From the IMG/VR virus record IMGVR_UViG_3300018080_000199, positions 1-59,678 of that record: a stretch of 59,678 nucleotides of DNA, one strand, 5' to 3'. Both the position numbers and the translations under genes were made by a program. The notes beneath the pieces were generated by a model, which saw nothing but the letters and a program-made list of their open reading frames with translations, was not told the DNA's origin and did not search any database. Numbering within the stretch: the first letter of the stretch is position 1; every line of letters begins with the position of its first letter. Below, piece by piece: positions 49,001 to 57,172 of this stretch. The DNA is from a virus. Its lineage: Duplodnaviria; Caudoviricetes.

Positions 49001-50134
49001 CACAGCAGAAAGAAGTTGCACAGAACTAGTAGCATCTGAGACACCAACTAATGCAAGCCTATTGGCTTCTTCAAGAAAACCAAATACTTCAGCGCCTTTA
49101 GCAACCTGGTTAGATAATGTTTGATATGCTGCTTCAGTCTGATCAAGAAGTTCAATACCAAAAGAATCAGATAATACCCTAAGACCAGCCGCCCATTCTT
49201 GAACGGCAAGTTGATTCTGTTGTGAAATTGTACGTAGCTCAGAAATACGTATTGAAAATTCTTGTGCAGTGCCAATTGCTTCACGCATAGATCTTAACAA
49301 TAAACCAATAGATCTATAAATAAGTTGTGATTGAATAATACGTGCCATTGACTGCCAAGAAAGGGTCAAATCTTTAACGCGATCCTTAGTATCAGCTAGA
49401 CTCTGATTAACAGGACGTAAACCACCTTGAACATTTTGTAAAGTATTTCCTACATAAGTTAAAGTAGCTTGGAATTTTTGGCCATCAGTCGTTGTACCCT
49501 GTATAATTCTTTGAGTACGATCCATTGCTGTATTAAATTTTGTACTTTCTTTAACATTTTGGACATACCCACTTGCTATTTGTTGATTAATAGTATTTAA
49601 TCGTGCTTGGGCTCTAGTACTTTGCTCTGCTAATCTTGCTTGAGCATTAATTTGTGCTTGTGTAGCCTGTACCGTTCTTTCTCTTGCTACAATACCTTCT
49701 CCCGCAGCATTTGTAGTTACTCGTAATTGTGTTCCTTCTTGCGTGAGAACAGTAATATACTCACGTTTCTTTTGTAATTCCTTATCTAATACAGTAACCT
49801 CATTTAGTCTAGTTTTAGTACGTTCTGCAAGTAACGCATTAGCATCAAAACCAGCTTTAGCTTCTTTCTCTGTGCTTGCAGCAGCTTCAGCTTGTTTTGC
49901 TGTTATCTTTTCAAGAGCAGTAACAAGGTTAGCTAACCCTTCAAATGACCCAACTTGAGTATTAAATCTCTCCATTGTAGCTATAAATTGAGTCATACCT
50001 TCGTTAACTTGAATAACCTTCTTGCGAAGATTCTCAAGTCCAAGCATAGCTTGAGATACATCAAAGGCAATGGAGCTAGCAAAATCAGCTTCATCACCAG
50101 CAGTACCATACCATTTTCTAATTTTATAAATCAT
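46088..50134 (-). CDS. tape measure protein
   Basis: 1348 aa, long helical/coiled-coil, TP901-like core (AAYQTLS..., FKTIELG); C-terminal GTDRVPAMLSPGEFVMNA. Confidence 0.92.
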   Translation of the reverse strand: MIYKIRKWYGTAGDEADFASSIAFDVSQAMLGLENLRKKVIQVNEGMTQFIATMERFNTQVGSFEGLANLVTALEKITAKQAEAAASTEKEAKAGFDANALLAERTKTRLNEVTVLDKELQKKREYITVLTQEGTQLRVTTNAAGEGIVARERTVQATQAQINAQARLAEQSTRAQARLNTINQQIASGYVQNVKESTKFNTAMDRTQRIIQGTTTDGQKFQATLTYVGNTLQNVQGGLRPVNQSLADTKDRVKDLTLSWQSMARIIQSQLIYRSIGLLLRSMREAIGTAQEFSIRISELRTISQQNQLAVQEWAAGLRVLSDSFGIELLDQTEAAYQTLSNQVAKGAEVFGFLEEANRLALVGVSDATSSVQLLSAVMKSFNLSMEDTGDIAAQTFKTIELGRVRLDEMANTIGITAVPAANLGLSFNDLAAAITTVTIRGVPFEKAQTLIRNILLKLIRPTKEMSKFFKELGVDSGEAAIKTFGFGGVLQRLEERTQGSSTELGKLFGRIRAISGAMIFAGRGLETFEQNWKEIQNAQESYRTATKETMENVGRDIKIEVQKIKNYFTEEFGTVFLEVVQGVTEPLGGLSGIVKALAEGLTGLLAPAAIYAAASLGKLAIAHPVAAALLALGAATRILLDRMTKVTEEALAQQEEARERAIEQQKREYRDLLRVIDNFYTQEVQIARQAIATLQSENTKLIDEQVAIDKEITTNLRTAYREVVKELQKGIKDVDKVIKDSQKLIENSIKTINDLKRSIEQRTFEFRLGEIEDPAEQLNLLRQRFEQLQKQRTALFGRIDQESIRAVAELYKEQLGIVDQIAKIQDQVADKNERSEEKLVRLQRRRVEQETKIANLKKKISDKELDDQKKLLDAAKNAEQYTRITRSSRRGIIGIDTIDPNVIKAQRDIARGQREREASLAREVRKLKEYDEKIRELRKVEIDRTDILKLQNRLTLEQIRLVEEQKRLAEEQKKKAEEEAAERKRNLQEIKDGYLDITAISVKDILGTKDIDQQITNITGALVRIEDFRKSLREKANVLDINTRLRLEEQLLKRKDQLEKLQEAAITNLQLDNARKVVAEQQKIAEEAVKARQAYVDEEAVQIGSLKQALKAFGKDITTLRAGTRQQVISEKIDAFIRAPTIENLNKITKDLIAINEQVVFGMTKDLTPNIKLFTDTATTIIAAEEKQTATIKGLEEARDKAQKSFEDAQKQLEGLIPEQQKRDQERNDILKRNEAVFKNMITELQGIRSDIKARGGFQHGGFVGTDRVPAMLSPGEFVMNAGATRKFYSQLVAMNAGVQSFQRGGIVNNVGDVNVNMQSSGNESYDVTKFGKLLRRQIRRGTLKLR

Positions 50135-50712
50135 TAGAATGTGATCTCATGCCTATAAAAAGTTCGACGAAATTCTTTAGCTATCTTAGGGAACCATTCT
50201 TTTCGCACCCACCACACAAAATTCTCGCCAGCTACATCAATAGCGTGCCAAGGTGCTTCTTTCTGTTGTTTACGTTCTGATGGTCGTGGCTCATATTCAT
50301 TTTCTGCCATATATCCATATTGATTCTCAGCAGGTTGAAAGCGTGAACCATAACCAACAAGATCACTAACATTACAAGAAAATCCAAACCAATAAAGATT
50401 CTTTGTTATTCTAAAATGGGCTGTACCCATTGTGGCACCAGTACTAGGATTCTTACCTTTTACGCCACCTTTATATTTTGCATCACTATAAGATATTGAT
50501 AACCCAACAAGATTAGCAGCAGTAGTTAATGAGGCACGGGCTTGTCCTGTCCATGCAGGAATACCAGCAGCATGTCTGCCTCCTGCTCCAGGATGAGCTA
50601 TCAAAGACTGAACAAAAACTTTAGCAACGTCTTTAATAGCATCTTTAAAAAAAGCCTGAATCCAAAGTTCACTACGCATTTTTATGAGTTGGAATTTCCC
50701 ACTCCAAATCAT
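50134..50712 (-). CDS. putative neck/tail-completion protein
   Basis: IPAWTGQARAS resembles the HK97 gp10-like PVDTG.LR.S motif. Confidence 0.45.
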   Translation of the reverse strand: MIWSGKFQLIKMRSELWIQAFFKDAIKDVAKVFVQSLIAHPGAGGRHAAGIPAWTGQARASLTTAANLVGLSISYSDAKYKGGVKGKNPSTGATMGTAHFRITKNLYWFGFSCNVSDLVGYGSRFQPAENQYGYMAENEYEPRPSERKQQKEAPWHAIDVAGENFVWWVRKEWFPKIAKEFRRTFYRHEITF

Positions 50713-51376
50713 AATTTAACTCCTACTCCTGCCGCTAATTCTTCCATTTCTTCATGTTCACGAATCTGATTATATCCTATAAGCATCGCCTGTGCCCATA
50801 CATTACAATCATCCCATTTTGTTTCCACACCTTCTGGACATACACCAAAACGCTCACAAGCTCTCCATATAGCATATTCCTCAGTACGGTACTTAGGTAT
50901 TATGAGCTTTTTGACTCCTGCACCTGAGAAACTAAAAAACGTTTCCGAGCCTCTTCAATCTTTTTATTATCAAGACCTTGCACATTAACCACGGTCTGAA
51001 TAATACGAAAAATTTCCTGCTCAGTAAATCCAGAATCCTTTAGTTCCTTCTCGTAATTTTCCCAGGTCTCAGGTTTAGAGAGATCTACTGTCTCCCACTC
51101 AAGACTAGGGGTTGCAGCTAAAGACTTTAAAATCATCCACGCATATTTCTTGTTTGAATGCTCTGTAAGCTTTTTCTTATAGTCTGGATTCTCTATCTCA
51201 GATCTACGTTCTCCACCAGGAAGTACAACTTCCGGAGGTTTTGGAATAGGACAAATTTGATAAAATTCATCATAGTCCAAAACCGCCTGTGCTTTGAGAA
51301 TAATCTCTTCATCCCCACGAATAATAGGAATAATTTCAATTGCTGGCCCACTAATCTTTTTCCCTGCAATCTTCAT
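50709..51376 (-). CDS. tail assembly chaperone G (50900-51376) and -1 frameshift product GT (to 50709)
   Basis: Slippery T TTT TTA at 50939-50933; the -1 frame stays open to TGA at 50709. Confidence 0.8.
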
Positions 51377-51418
51377 TTGTTTCCCTTTCAGACTAATAAT
51401 TTCCTAAATTAAACTTAT

Positions 51419-51450
51419 CCTATGGCCTGACCCGAAGATCAGGCCATAGG
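51419..51450. terminator. hairpin after the major tail gene
   Basis: CCTATGGCCTGA...TCAGGCCATAGG, 12-bp stem. Confidence 0.7.
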
Positions 51451-51458
51451 AATACAAA

Positions 51459-51977
51459 CTACTGACGTACATCTAGTGCCTGAGTAGCATTACACTGACC
51501 TGTAACTGCAACCGTACCAGCCGAAAGATCATGTGCCAAACTGGTATAACGGAAATCAGGGAGTGTAATAATTTCATCAAGCTCATCACCGCAAGGTGGA
51601 GCATAATGAATCTCAATATCAACGGCATAAGGCTCACAAGGATCATTCGAACTAGAAACCCATCCAGCCGCTTCACCACGCTGCTTGAGTGCATCTTCTA
51701 CAGTAGGAGTACCCCAACCAGTCGTAGAGACTGCTCGGAGAAACTCCCACGTAAAATCAAAACGCACATCCATGGGTTCCTCGTCACCTTCCTTAACAGT
51801 GTCAAGGAGGCCACGATCCCGAACGTACTCAATTGTCTTACGTTCATCATACGTGAGCGTGCCTTCACCGATCTTTATTTCCAAGCTCTGCTGTGCAGAA
51901 CCTGTGCCACCATCCTTGAGATAGATAGTAGCATTCTTTAGATCAATTTGTGCACCAAACCACTCACGAGTTCTCAT
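51459..51977 (-). CDS. major tail (tube) protein
   Basis: Directly upstream of the frameshifted chaperone; beta-rich, acidic; strong RBS and downstream hairpin. Confidence 0.8.
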   Translation of the reverse strand: MRTREWFGAQIDLKNATIYLKDGGTGSAQQSLEIKIGEGTLTYDERKTIEYVRDRGLLDTVKEGDEEPMDVRFDFTWEFLRAVSTTGWGTPTVEDALKQRGEAAGWVSSSNDPCEPYAVDIEIHYAPPCGDELDEIITLPDFRYTSLAHDLSAGTVAVTGQCNATQALDVRQ

Positions 51978-51992
51978 ATCGTTACTCCTTAC

Positions 51993-52727
51993 TTACTCTT
52001 CGGGTAACTCTACTTGATAATGTCTCTCAACACCAGCCTGAAGAATCTCATCTGCTTTTTGTAGTTGACCAAAATGACTAACCTGTAGTTTTCTACGATA
52101 CCCATCCATAGCCATTAAACAATCAACATAAGTGTTATCATCTCCAGGCTCATCCCCGTAGCGATAAATATTGATAGTGTTTGTGAATAATGAGGCTACA
52201 AAATCTGTCCACAAACGTATTGCATGAAAATCTGTGTCATTTTTCGCTACGGTAATAATTGCATTTACTTCTACTATCAATTTCCACCAGCCCTTATTTA
52301 TCTGTTGATAATAAGGACCGTCAACGCGAAGCTCAAAGAACTGTTGCAGTTCATCGGTTTCGCGGAGTTGCCCTTCGAGAAACATATGGAGTGTATCTCT
52401 ATATGTCTCAAAGTGATCGCACACAGAAGCATAAATCCATCGCCCCCAATTAGCATTTATGCCTCCACTTAGTGTCGCCCCCGACACTGAAAAATCTACT
52501 GCATCACTAACTGTACCTGGAGAGTCAATAGACATGACCCGACCAGTATAATCACCAGGAGCGATACCAGTAATCTCAATAGTACCGTTCCCAATAATAT
52601 AAGATAAAGCATTCCATCTTTCGGTGTCCCTCACAGCAAATAAGAATACATTAATCGAACCTGCTTCTGCATTCGTTATTGTTGCTGTTGATCCAGTTAT
52701 ATTTAAATTAGGGACTTGCGTCGGCAT
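51993..52727 (-). CDS. putative tail terminator protein with N-terminal Ig-like domain
   Basis: Position before the major tail gene; beta-rich N-terminus. Confidence 0.5.
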   Translation of the reverse strand: MPTQVPNLNITGSTATITNAEAGSINVFLFAVRDTERWNALSYIIGNGTIEITGIAPGDYTGRVMSIDSPGTVSDAVDFSVSGATLSGGINANWGRWIYASVCDHFETYRDTLHMFLEGQLRETDELQQFFELRVDGPYYQQINKGWWKLIVEVNAIITVAKNDTDFHAIRLWTDFVASLFTNTINIYRYGDEPGDDNTYVDCLMAMDGYRRKLQVSHFGQLQKADEILQAGVERHYQVELPEE

Positions 52728-53177
52728 CTATGTAACCAATCCTAAATGTTGAAGAAGAATTTGAGTATTATTACGCCCCTTAATTGCAACATTAATATGG
52801 GGGTATTCTTTCTTTAATCTTGTCTCTCGACTCATATCCCCAGTATATACCACATACGGAATATTCCGATGTTGATTTTCTAAATTATCTACAACTTGTT
52901 TCCCTGCTTCCTTTGTCTCTAAGTTAAGATCAACTATAGCACAAATTATCGAAGCGGCATTTTTATCTAAAACTTCCAATGCATCCTTAGAATTATCTAC
53001 TACTTTTGTTTCCATGCCAAATTTAGTTAATACTTTAATCAAGTACTTGGAGATATGTTCATCATCTTCAACTACTAAGCAAAATCCTTTAGGGCAAGTT
53101 ATATGCCGCATAGCTACACGCATATTCTGTGCCCCTGAAAAGAACTTTGAAGCTGTCTCTTTATTGAGCATCTTCAT
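52728..53177 (-). CDS. stand-alone response-regulator receiver (CheY-like) protein
   Basis: LVVEDD, AIVDLNL (phospho-Asp), VVYTG, IK. Confidence 0.85.
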   Translation of the reverse strand: MKMLNKETASKFFSGAQNMRVAMRHITCPKGFCLVVEDDEHISKYLIKVLTKFGMETKVVDNSKDALEVLDKNAASIICAIVDLNLETKEAGKQVVDNLENQHRNIPYVVYTGDMSRETRLKKEYPHINVAIKGRNNTQILLQHLGLVT

Positions 53178-53388
53178 TGACCTTATATTTATTTAATACA
53201 TCTTTAACTTCTACCATTAAACTATTGCAAGCTCGAACAAGTTCTGTAAGACTCCCCATAAGTTCTTTTGTCTCAGATAATAAGGACTCAACTTGCTTTT
53301 GTTGTGCAATATTCTGTCTATATAAAACCCCTATAGCTGTAGCTAGAGACACTATTACAGCAATAATAGCAGATAGAGGTATTTCCAT
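53161..53388 (-). CDS. small membrane protein with coiled coil
   Basis: N-terminal TM (IIAVIVSLATAIGVLY) followed by heptad repeats. Confidence 0.65.
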   Translation of the reverse strand: MEIPLSAIIAVIVSLATAIGVLYRQNIAQQKQVESLLSETKELMGSLTELVRACNSLMVEVKDVLNKYKVNEDAQ

Positions 53389-53399
53389 GGTTGTCCTTC

Positions 53400-53684
53400 C
53401 TACTGACTGATTCGCACAGATGCAGTACCACTTGTATATTCACCAGTCTTAAATCCAACTCGATAATTAATATTCTTTTCTGGATCATCACCAACACGTT
53501 CTGCATTCGCTGTGAATGTTTCTACATCTTGCCAAGTCTGACCATCAAAAGATCTTTGAAGTGTTACTGTACCTGCCCATGTACCACTAATAGATAAATT
53601 AAATGAAACATCCCGTAGACGTATAACTGCCCATTCATCTGCTGCCGCAATATCTTTCTCAACAACGGTAATGGGATCACTCAT
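53400..53684 (-). CDS. small beta-rich virion protein
   Basis: ISGTWAGTVTLQRSFDGQTWQDV. Confidence 0.6.
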   Translation of the reverse strand: MSDPITVVEKDIAAADEWAVIRLRDVSFNLSISGTWAGTVTLQRSFDGQTWQDVETFTANAERVGDDPEKNINYRVGFKTGEYTSGTASVRISQ

Positions 53685-54178
53685 GATTTAACTCCTTCTG
53701 AACTCTCTAAAAATTCAATTTGGGCCTCTACCTCTTCATTATGCCACTCATTAGGTAATCTATTGGTGGTCTCATGGGCTTGAATATACATCGCAAGCCT
53801 ATAATCATAAAAATCAATAAACTGAAACTCAAAACGTCTGTGATCCCAAATAATATGCCATGTTAATTTTGGATCAAAAGTACTTGGTAAATCTCTCATA
53901 TCTATAATGAGATCGCGCCTACCTAACCCATAATAAGCACCATATTGAAAATTCTTATTCGCAGCTAAAAATGTAAGATCATAAGCAAACTTACGTGTAA
54001 TATTATTAGGGAGTAAAATTGCTCTTCTAATACGTAGCACATCATATGTTATCTCTTGTACTCCAGTACGAACATTAATGGTCTTATTAGTTGGACGATA
54101 CAAATGAATCTCCACCCCGTTTTGACGTTTCAAACGGTATAAGGCTCGACGCATTTGTATTCGTAGAGTATAGGCCAT
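53681..54178 (-). CDS. putative head-closure protein
   Basis: Position after the capsid gene; INVRTG motif. Confidence 0.55.
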   Translation of the reverse strand: MAYTLRIQMRRALYRLKRQNGVEIHLYRPTNKTINVRTGVQEITYDVLRIRRAILLPNNITRKFAYDLTFLAANKNFQYGAYYGLGRRDLIIDMRDLPSTFDPKLTWHIIWDHRRFEFQFIDFYDYRLAMYIQAHETTNRLPNEWHNEEVEAQIEFLESSEGVKS

Positions 54179-54246
54179 AACTACTCCTGGTTATAATTTG
54201 GTAAATTATGTTGTAGAACATAATTTAGCAAATCATAAACGGGGGT

Positions 54247-54280
54247 GGGTTGGTGTACGGCTTTCACCGTACACCAACCC
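54247..54280. terminator. hairpin after the capsid gene
   Basis: GGGTTGGTGTACGG-CTTTCA-CCGTACACCAACCC, perfect 14-bp stem. Confidence 0.8.
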
Positions 54281-54293
54281 TATGCGGGACGCA

Positions 54294-55688
54294 TTACCCA
54301 AGAAGCACAGCACCGAGATCTGTATCAAGAACCTTGACCCCACACAGAAGGTCAACCGTCACCAGATGACCCTGCTTCGTGCCATTGTACGTGATCGTAA
54401 CACGAATTGCAATGTTATTGTAATTCGCGACTGCACTCAGCGCACCAGCACCACGACGCGGCATGGCAAGAGGACGAGACACGAATGCAATGGCATTCCG
54501 ATGGAAAGCAAAGTTAAAGCTTCCAGCGGGACCAATACACACGGCATCACCATCAGAGATAGCCGCATCAAGAGGCCGATCCAGAGTAATACCCACAAGA
54601 GCATTAACTCCAATGATCGTATAAACTGCTGTGGCAGTAGAATTACCAAACGCCACCATCTGACCAACCTGAGGAGCAACGGTGAAACCATCCACCGTGA
54701 TCTCCTTTGCGTAACCTGCTGCATAACCAGCCAGAAGGTCCACAGCACCAGGAGTATAGACGGTAACATCAGCATCATCCACGACTGCCCGAACAAGACC
54801 AGGAGCAAGTACCGTGATAGAGGTCGGAGTTGCACCACCAACCGTACTGACCACGCGAAGCGGGGTCATATCGCCTTCAATAGTCATCCAGCTTCCTGCC
54901 GTAATAGCAGCAGAGAAACCGTCAACTGTGAAAGTAGTACTACCCGCAGCATAACCAGTACCATTATTAATCTCACCAGTTGTCACAGTATTGCCGCTGG
55001 TGACATAGCTCATGTTCTGACACATAAAGTGATCAAAACCGAGCTTCCGACCAAGACTTGCTTCTCGAAGTGCCGTACCATCATCACCAACCTTATCGGC
55101 AGTGAGGAAGATATCGGTATCAAGAGCCTGAGTCTCACCATCAGGGTTCCAGATCAGACGCCGACCCTGAGTATATGCCTTATTCTCATTCATGACCTTA
55201 CGAGTATTAAGGATATAGCTCTTTGCGGTCGTGCTACTGAGACCACCAATCACGCCTGCATTGTTTGCCAGGAACTGAGGCCATTGACCAAGAACCACCT
55301 TATCTGCTGCCTGAGCAATAGAAAGAACTGCCGGCTGCAAATAAAGCTGTACCAAGTCCTTCATAGACTTCGACTCTTCTCCATCACGAATCAGGAAAGA
55401 AGTATGGAAGTGCTGATCCAGAGGAACCTGGATATTTGTGGATTCGGCATCTTGCACAGTCACATCATCCGTATCCACCTTACGTGTTGCTTCAAACTCA
55501 CTTGGTTGGCGCGTATTGACAACATCCCCTTCTGCTGCGATTTCCTCAGAAAAATCACGGTAGACCAGATTTGTCGCAACCATATTCTCCACGAGGATAG
55601 CAACAGATTCATTGGCCCAAATTTCAGGCATGAGGGCGTCGTTGTCATTTGCACCAAACCAGCGACGTGCTCTCAAAGAGTAGTACAT
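54294..55688 (-). CDS. major capsid protein (P22-coat-like HK97 fold with inserted domains)
   Basis: PEIWA, VYRDFSEEIA.EGDVVN, LGRKLGFD, AFHRNAIAFVSRPL, VDLLCGVK.LD. Confidence 0.9.
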   Translation of the reverse strand: MYYSLRARRWFGANDNDALMPEIWANESVAILVENMVATNLVYRDFSEEIAAEGDVVNTRQPSEFEATRKVDTDDVTVQDAESTNIQVPLDQHFHTSFLIRDGEESKSMKDLVQLYLQPAVLSIAQAADKVVLGQWPQFLANNAGVIGGLSSTTAKSYILNTRKVMNENKAYTQGRRLIWNPDGETQALDTDIFLTADKVGDDGTALREASLGRKLGFDHFMCQNMSYVTSGNTVTTGEINNGTGYAAGSTTFTVDGFSAAITAGSWMTIEGDMTPLRVVSTVGGATPTSITVLAPGLVRAVVDDADVTVYTPGAVDLLAGYAAGYAKEITVDGFTVAPQVGQMVAFGNSTATAVYTIIGVNALVGITLDRPLDAAISDGDAVCIGPAGSFNFAFHRNAIAFVSRPLAMPRRGAGALSAVANYNNIAIRVTITYNGTKQGHLVTVDLLCGVKVLDTDLGAVLLG

Positions 55689-55698
55689 GCTTAATCTC

Positions 55699-56592
55699 CT
55701 AAATCTTACTCAAATCAATCTTACCTTCTTTTCGTAACCGGATATACTCCTCCGTTTTTAACTTACCAATATTCGGAGTCCCACCTTGACCGCTTATGGC
55801 ATTACCGTCACCACCTAATCCTGCTGTCGAAGTGCCTTTAAAGAGATTACCAAACTTCTCAGGCATTGTTTTCATCATTTCTACAGCCTTACCAACGGTG
55901 AGGTCAAGTTCAGTCTCATTACCATCTTCATCTTTGCCGGTAATCTTTGCCTTAGCAATAAGATTTCCCGTGGGTGCTCCAGCCTCATCTAACTCTTCAG
56001 CCAGATAAGTAGTTTGACGCAGAATAGCTACAATTTGCGGGGGCGAGAACGCTTCATTGGCTACTGCTGCATCTGTGATAGCTCTAGTAATTGTTTCACC
56101 TGTATAACGTTCCTGAAGGGAATTAAACTTTTCCTCCAGTTCTTTAATTTTCTCCGCGCCTTCCTTTCTAAGTCTCTCAGCTTCCTGCTTCGCAAGTTCT
56201 TCTTTAGTTTTCAAAGAATCTGAAAGTTCTTTAACACGATTCTGAAACTTTACTCGCTCTTCAGCAGAAAGTGCGCCGGATTGTAACTCAGAAACTAATC
56301 CTTCAAGCTGAGTAACTTTATCCTGCAAATTTCTGCGGTTCTGAGCCATAATCCGATTCACTTGATCTTGCGTAAATGTCTTAGGCTTAGTACCATCATC
56401 GCCACTTCCCCCACCATCTCCACTCCCACCGCCATCGCCTCCAGTGCCGCTATCAGTACCGCCACCATCACCAGTTCCTCCATCATCATCATCACCACCG
56501 CCATCCGTACCACCACCATCGTCTGCACTTCCATACCATCCACGATGCCTAATTTCGTAAATTAATTCTGCCAAACTTACATTCAAATACAT
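55699..56592 (-). CDS. capsid scaffolding protein
   Basis: G/D-rich linker, KTFTQDQVNRIM, coiled coil, C-terminal EEYIRLRK; start at ATG 56592 behind AAGGAG. Confidence 0.85.
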   Translation of the reverse strand: MYLNVSLAELIYEIRHRGWYGSADDGGGTDGGGDDDDGGTGDGGGTDSGTGGDGGGSGDGGGSGDDGTKPKTFTQDQVNRIMAQNRRNLQDKVTQLEGLVSELQSGALSAEERVKFQNRVKELSDSLKTKEELAKQEAERLRKEGAEKIKELEEKFNSLQERYTGETITRAITDAAVANEAFSPPQIVAILRQTTYLAEELDEAGAPTGNLIAKAKITGKDEDGNETELDLTVGKAVEMMKTMPEKFGNLFKGTSTAGLGGDGNAISGQGGTPNIGKLKTEEYIRLRKEGKIDLSKI

Positions 56593-56602
56593 CACACTCT
56601 CC

Positions 56603-57049
56603 TTATGTAACCCTTGTGATCTGTACGTTCTCCGGATCAATCAAATAAGGCTTCAAGTAATTCCAGGCCATCGCGCTTGGAATACCGGCCAAGAAATGTT
56701 CCGGAGCAAACGAACGATCAAAAGTAGACCTCGCTGAAGCGAGTCCTTGGGACTTCATCCCAAGTAACTCAAGCTCTCTTTCGGGATCAATTCCGTCTAA
56801 CAACGCAAAAGCTCCCTCTGCACACGCATATTGAATATCTAACGGTACTGTTGTGTCTCCGTATCTTGGAAATTGTTTTTCTTGGTCCTCGTCAGCTTTG
56901 ATACCAATGAAGTTAAGACGATCAATACGTAGCGTCATATCCTTGAGGGCTTTCTCTTTATCATCATCATCTGCTTGATCCCAGATGGTGACATTATACC
57001 GATTCTCAAAATAAGTATCAGCATCTGCTACTGTGATATAAGGGTCCAT
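56603..57049 (-). CDS. head-tail adaptor protein
   Basis: YITVADADTYF..R, KEKAL, QFPR, VP.DIQYACAE, YLKPYL. Confidence 0.8.
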   Translation of the reverse strand: MDPYITVADADTYFENRYNVTIWDQADDDDKEKALKDMTLRIDRLNFIGIKADEDQEKQFPRYGDTTVPLDIQYACAEGAFALLDGIDPERELELLGMKSQGLASARSTFDRSFAPEHFLAGIPSAMAWNYLKPYLIDPENVQITRVT

Positions 57050-57052
57050 AAT

Positions 57053-57172
57053 TTACCTCTTTGGGCACTTTTTTCCGGCTTTTTGACGACGACCCAGTTT
57101 ACTTTTCTTAGCTTGATAACTACCTTTATATGGGCCACTCCCATCCCTAACACCACGTGCATTACGTCCCAT
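57053..57172 (-). CDS. small basic protein (39 aa)
   Basis: MGRNARGVRDGSGPYKGS...; GGAGG RBS; TAATG coupling. Confidence 0.5.
   Translation of the reverse strand: MGRNARGVRDGSGPYKGSYQAKKSKLGRRQKAGKKCPKR

Noticed and set aside
50698-50712. MIWSG (and MIFYYSG at 45581) as further leader copies
   Set aside because: They lack the R-x-R and W-[YF]-G pattern and were not counted.
54198-55694. 498-aa + strand ORF antisense to the capsid gene
   Set aside because: It mirrors the capsid ORF almost exactly, has no RBS or recognisable motif and has an odd His/Thr/Arg-rich composition. It is best explained as a codon-bias shadow.
56360-56530. GC-rich CCACCATC-like repeats
   Set aside because: They simply encode the Gly/Asp linker of the scaffold protein.
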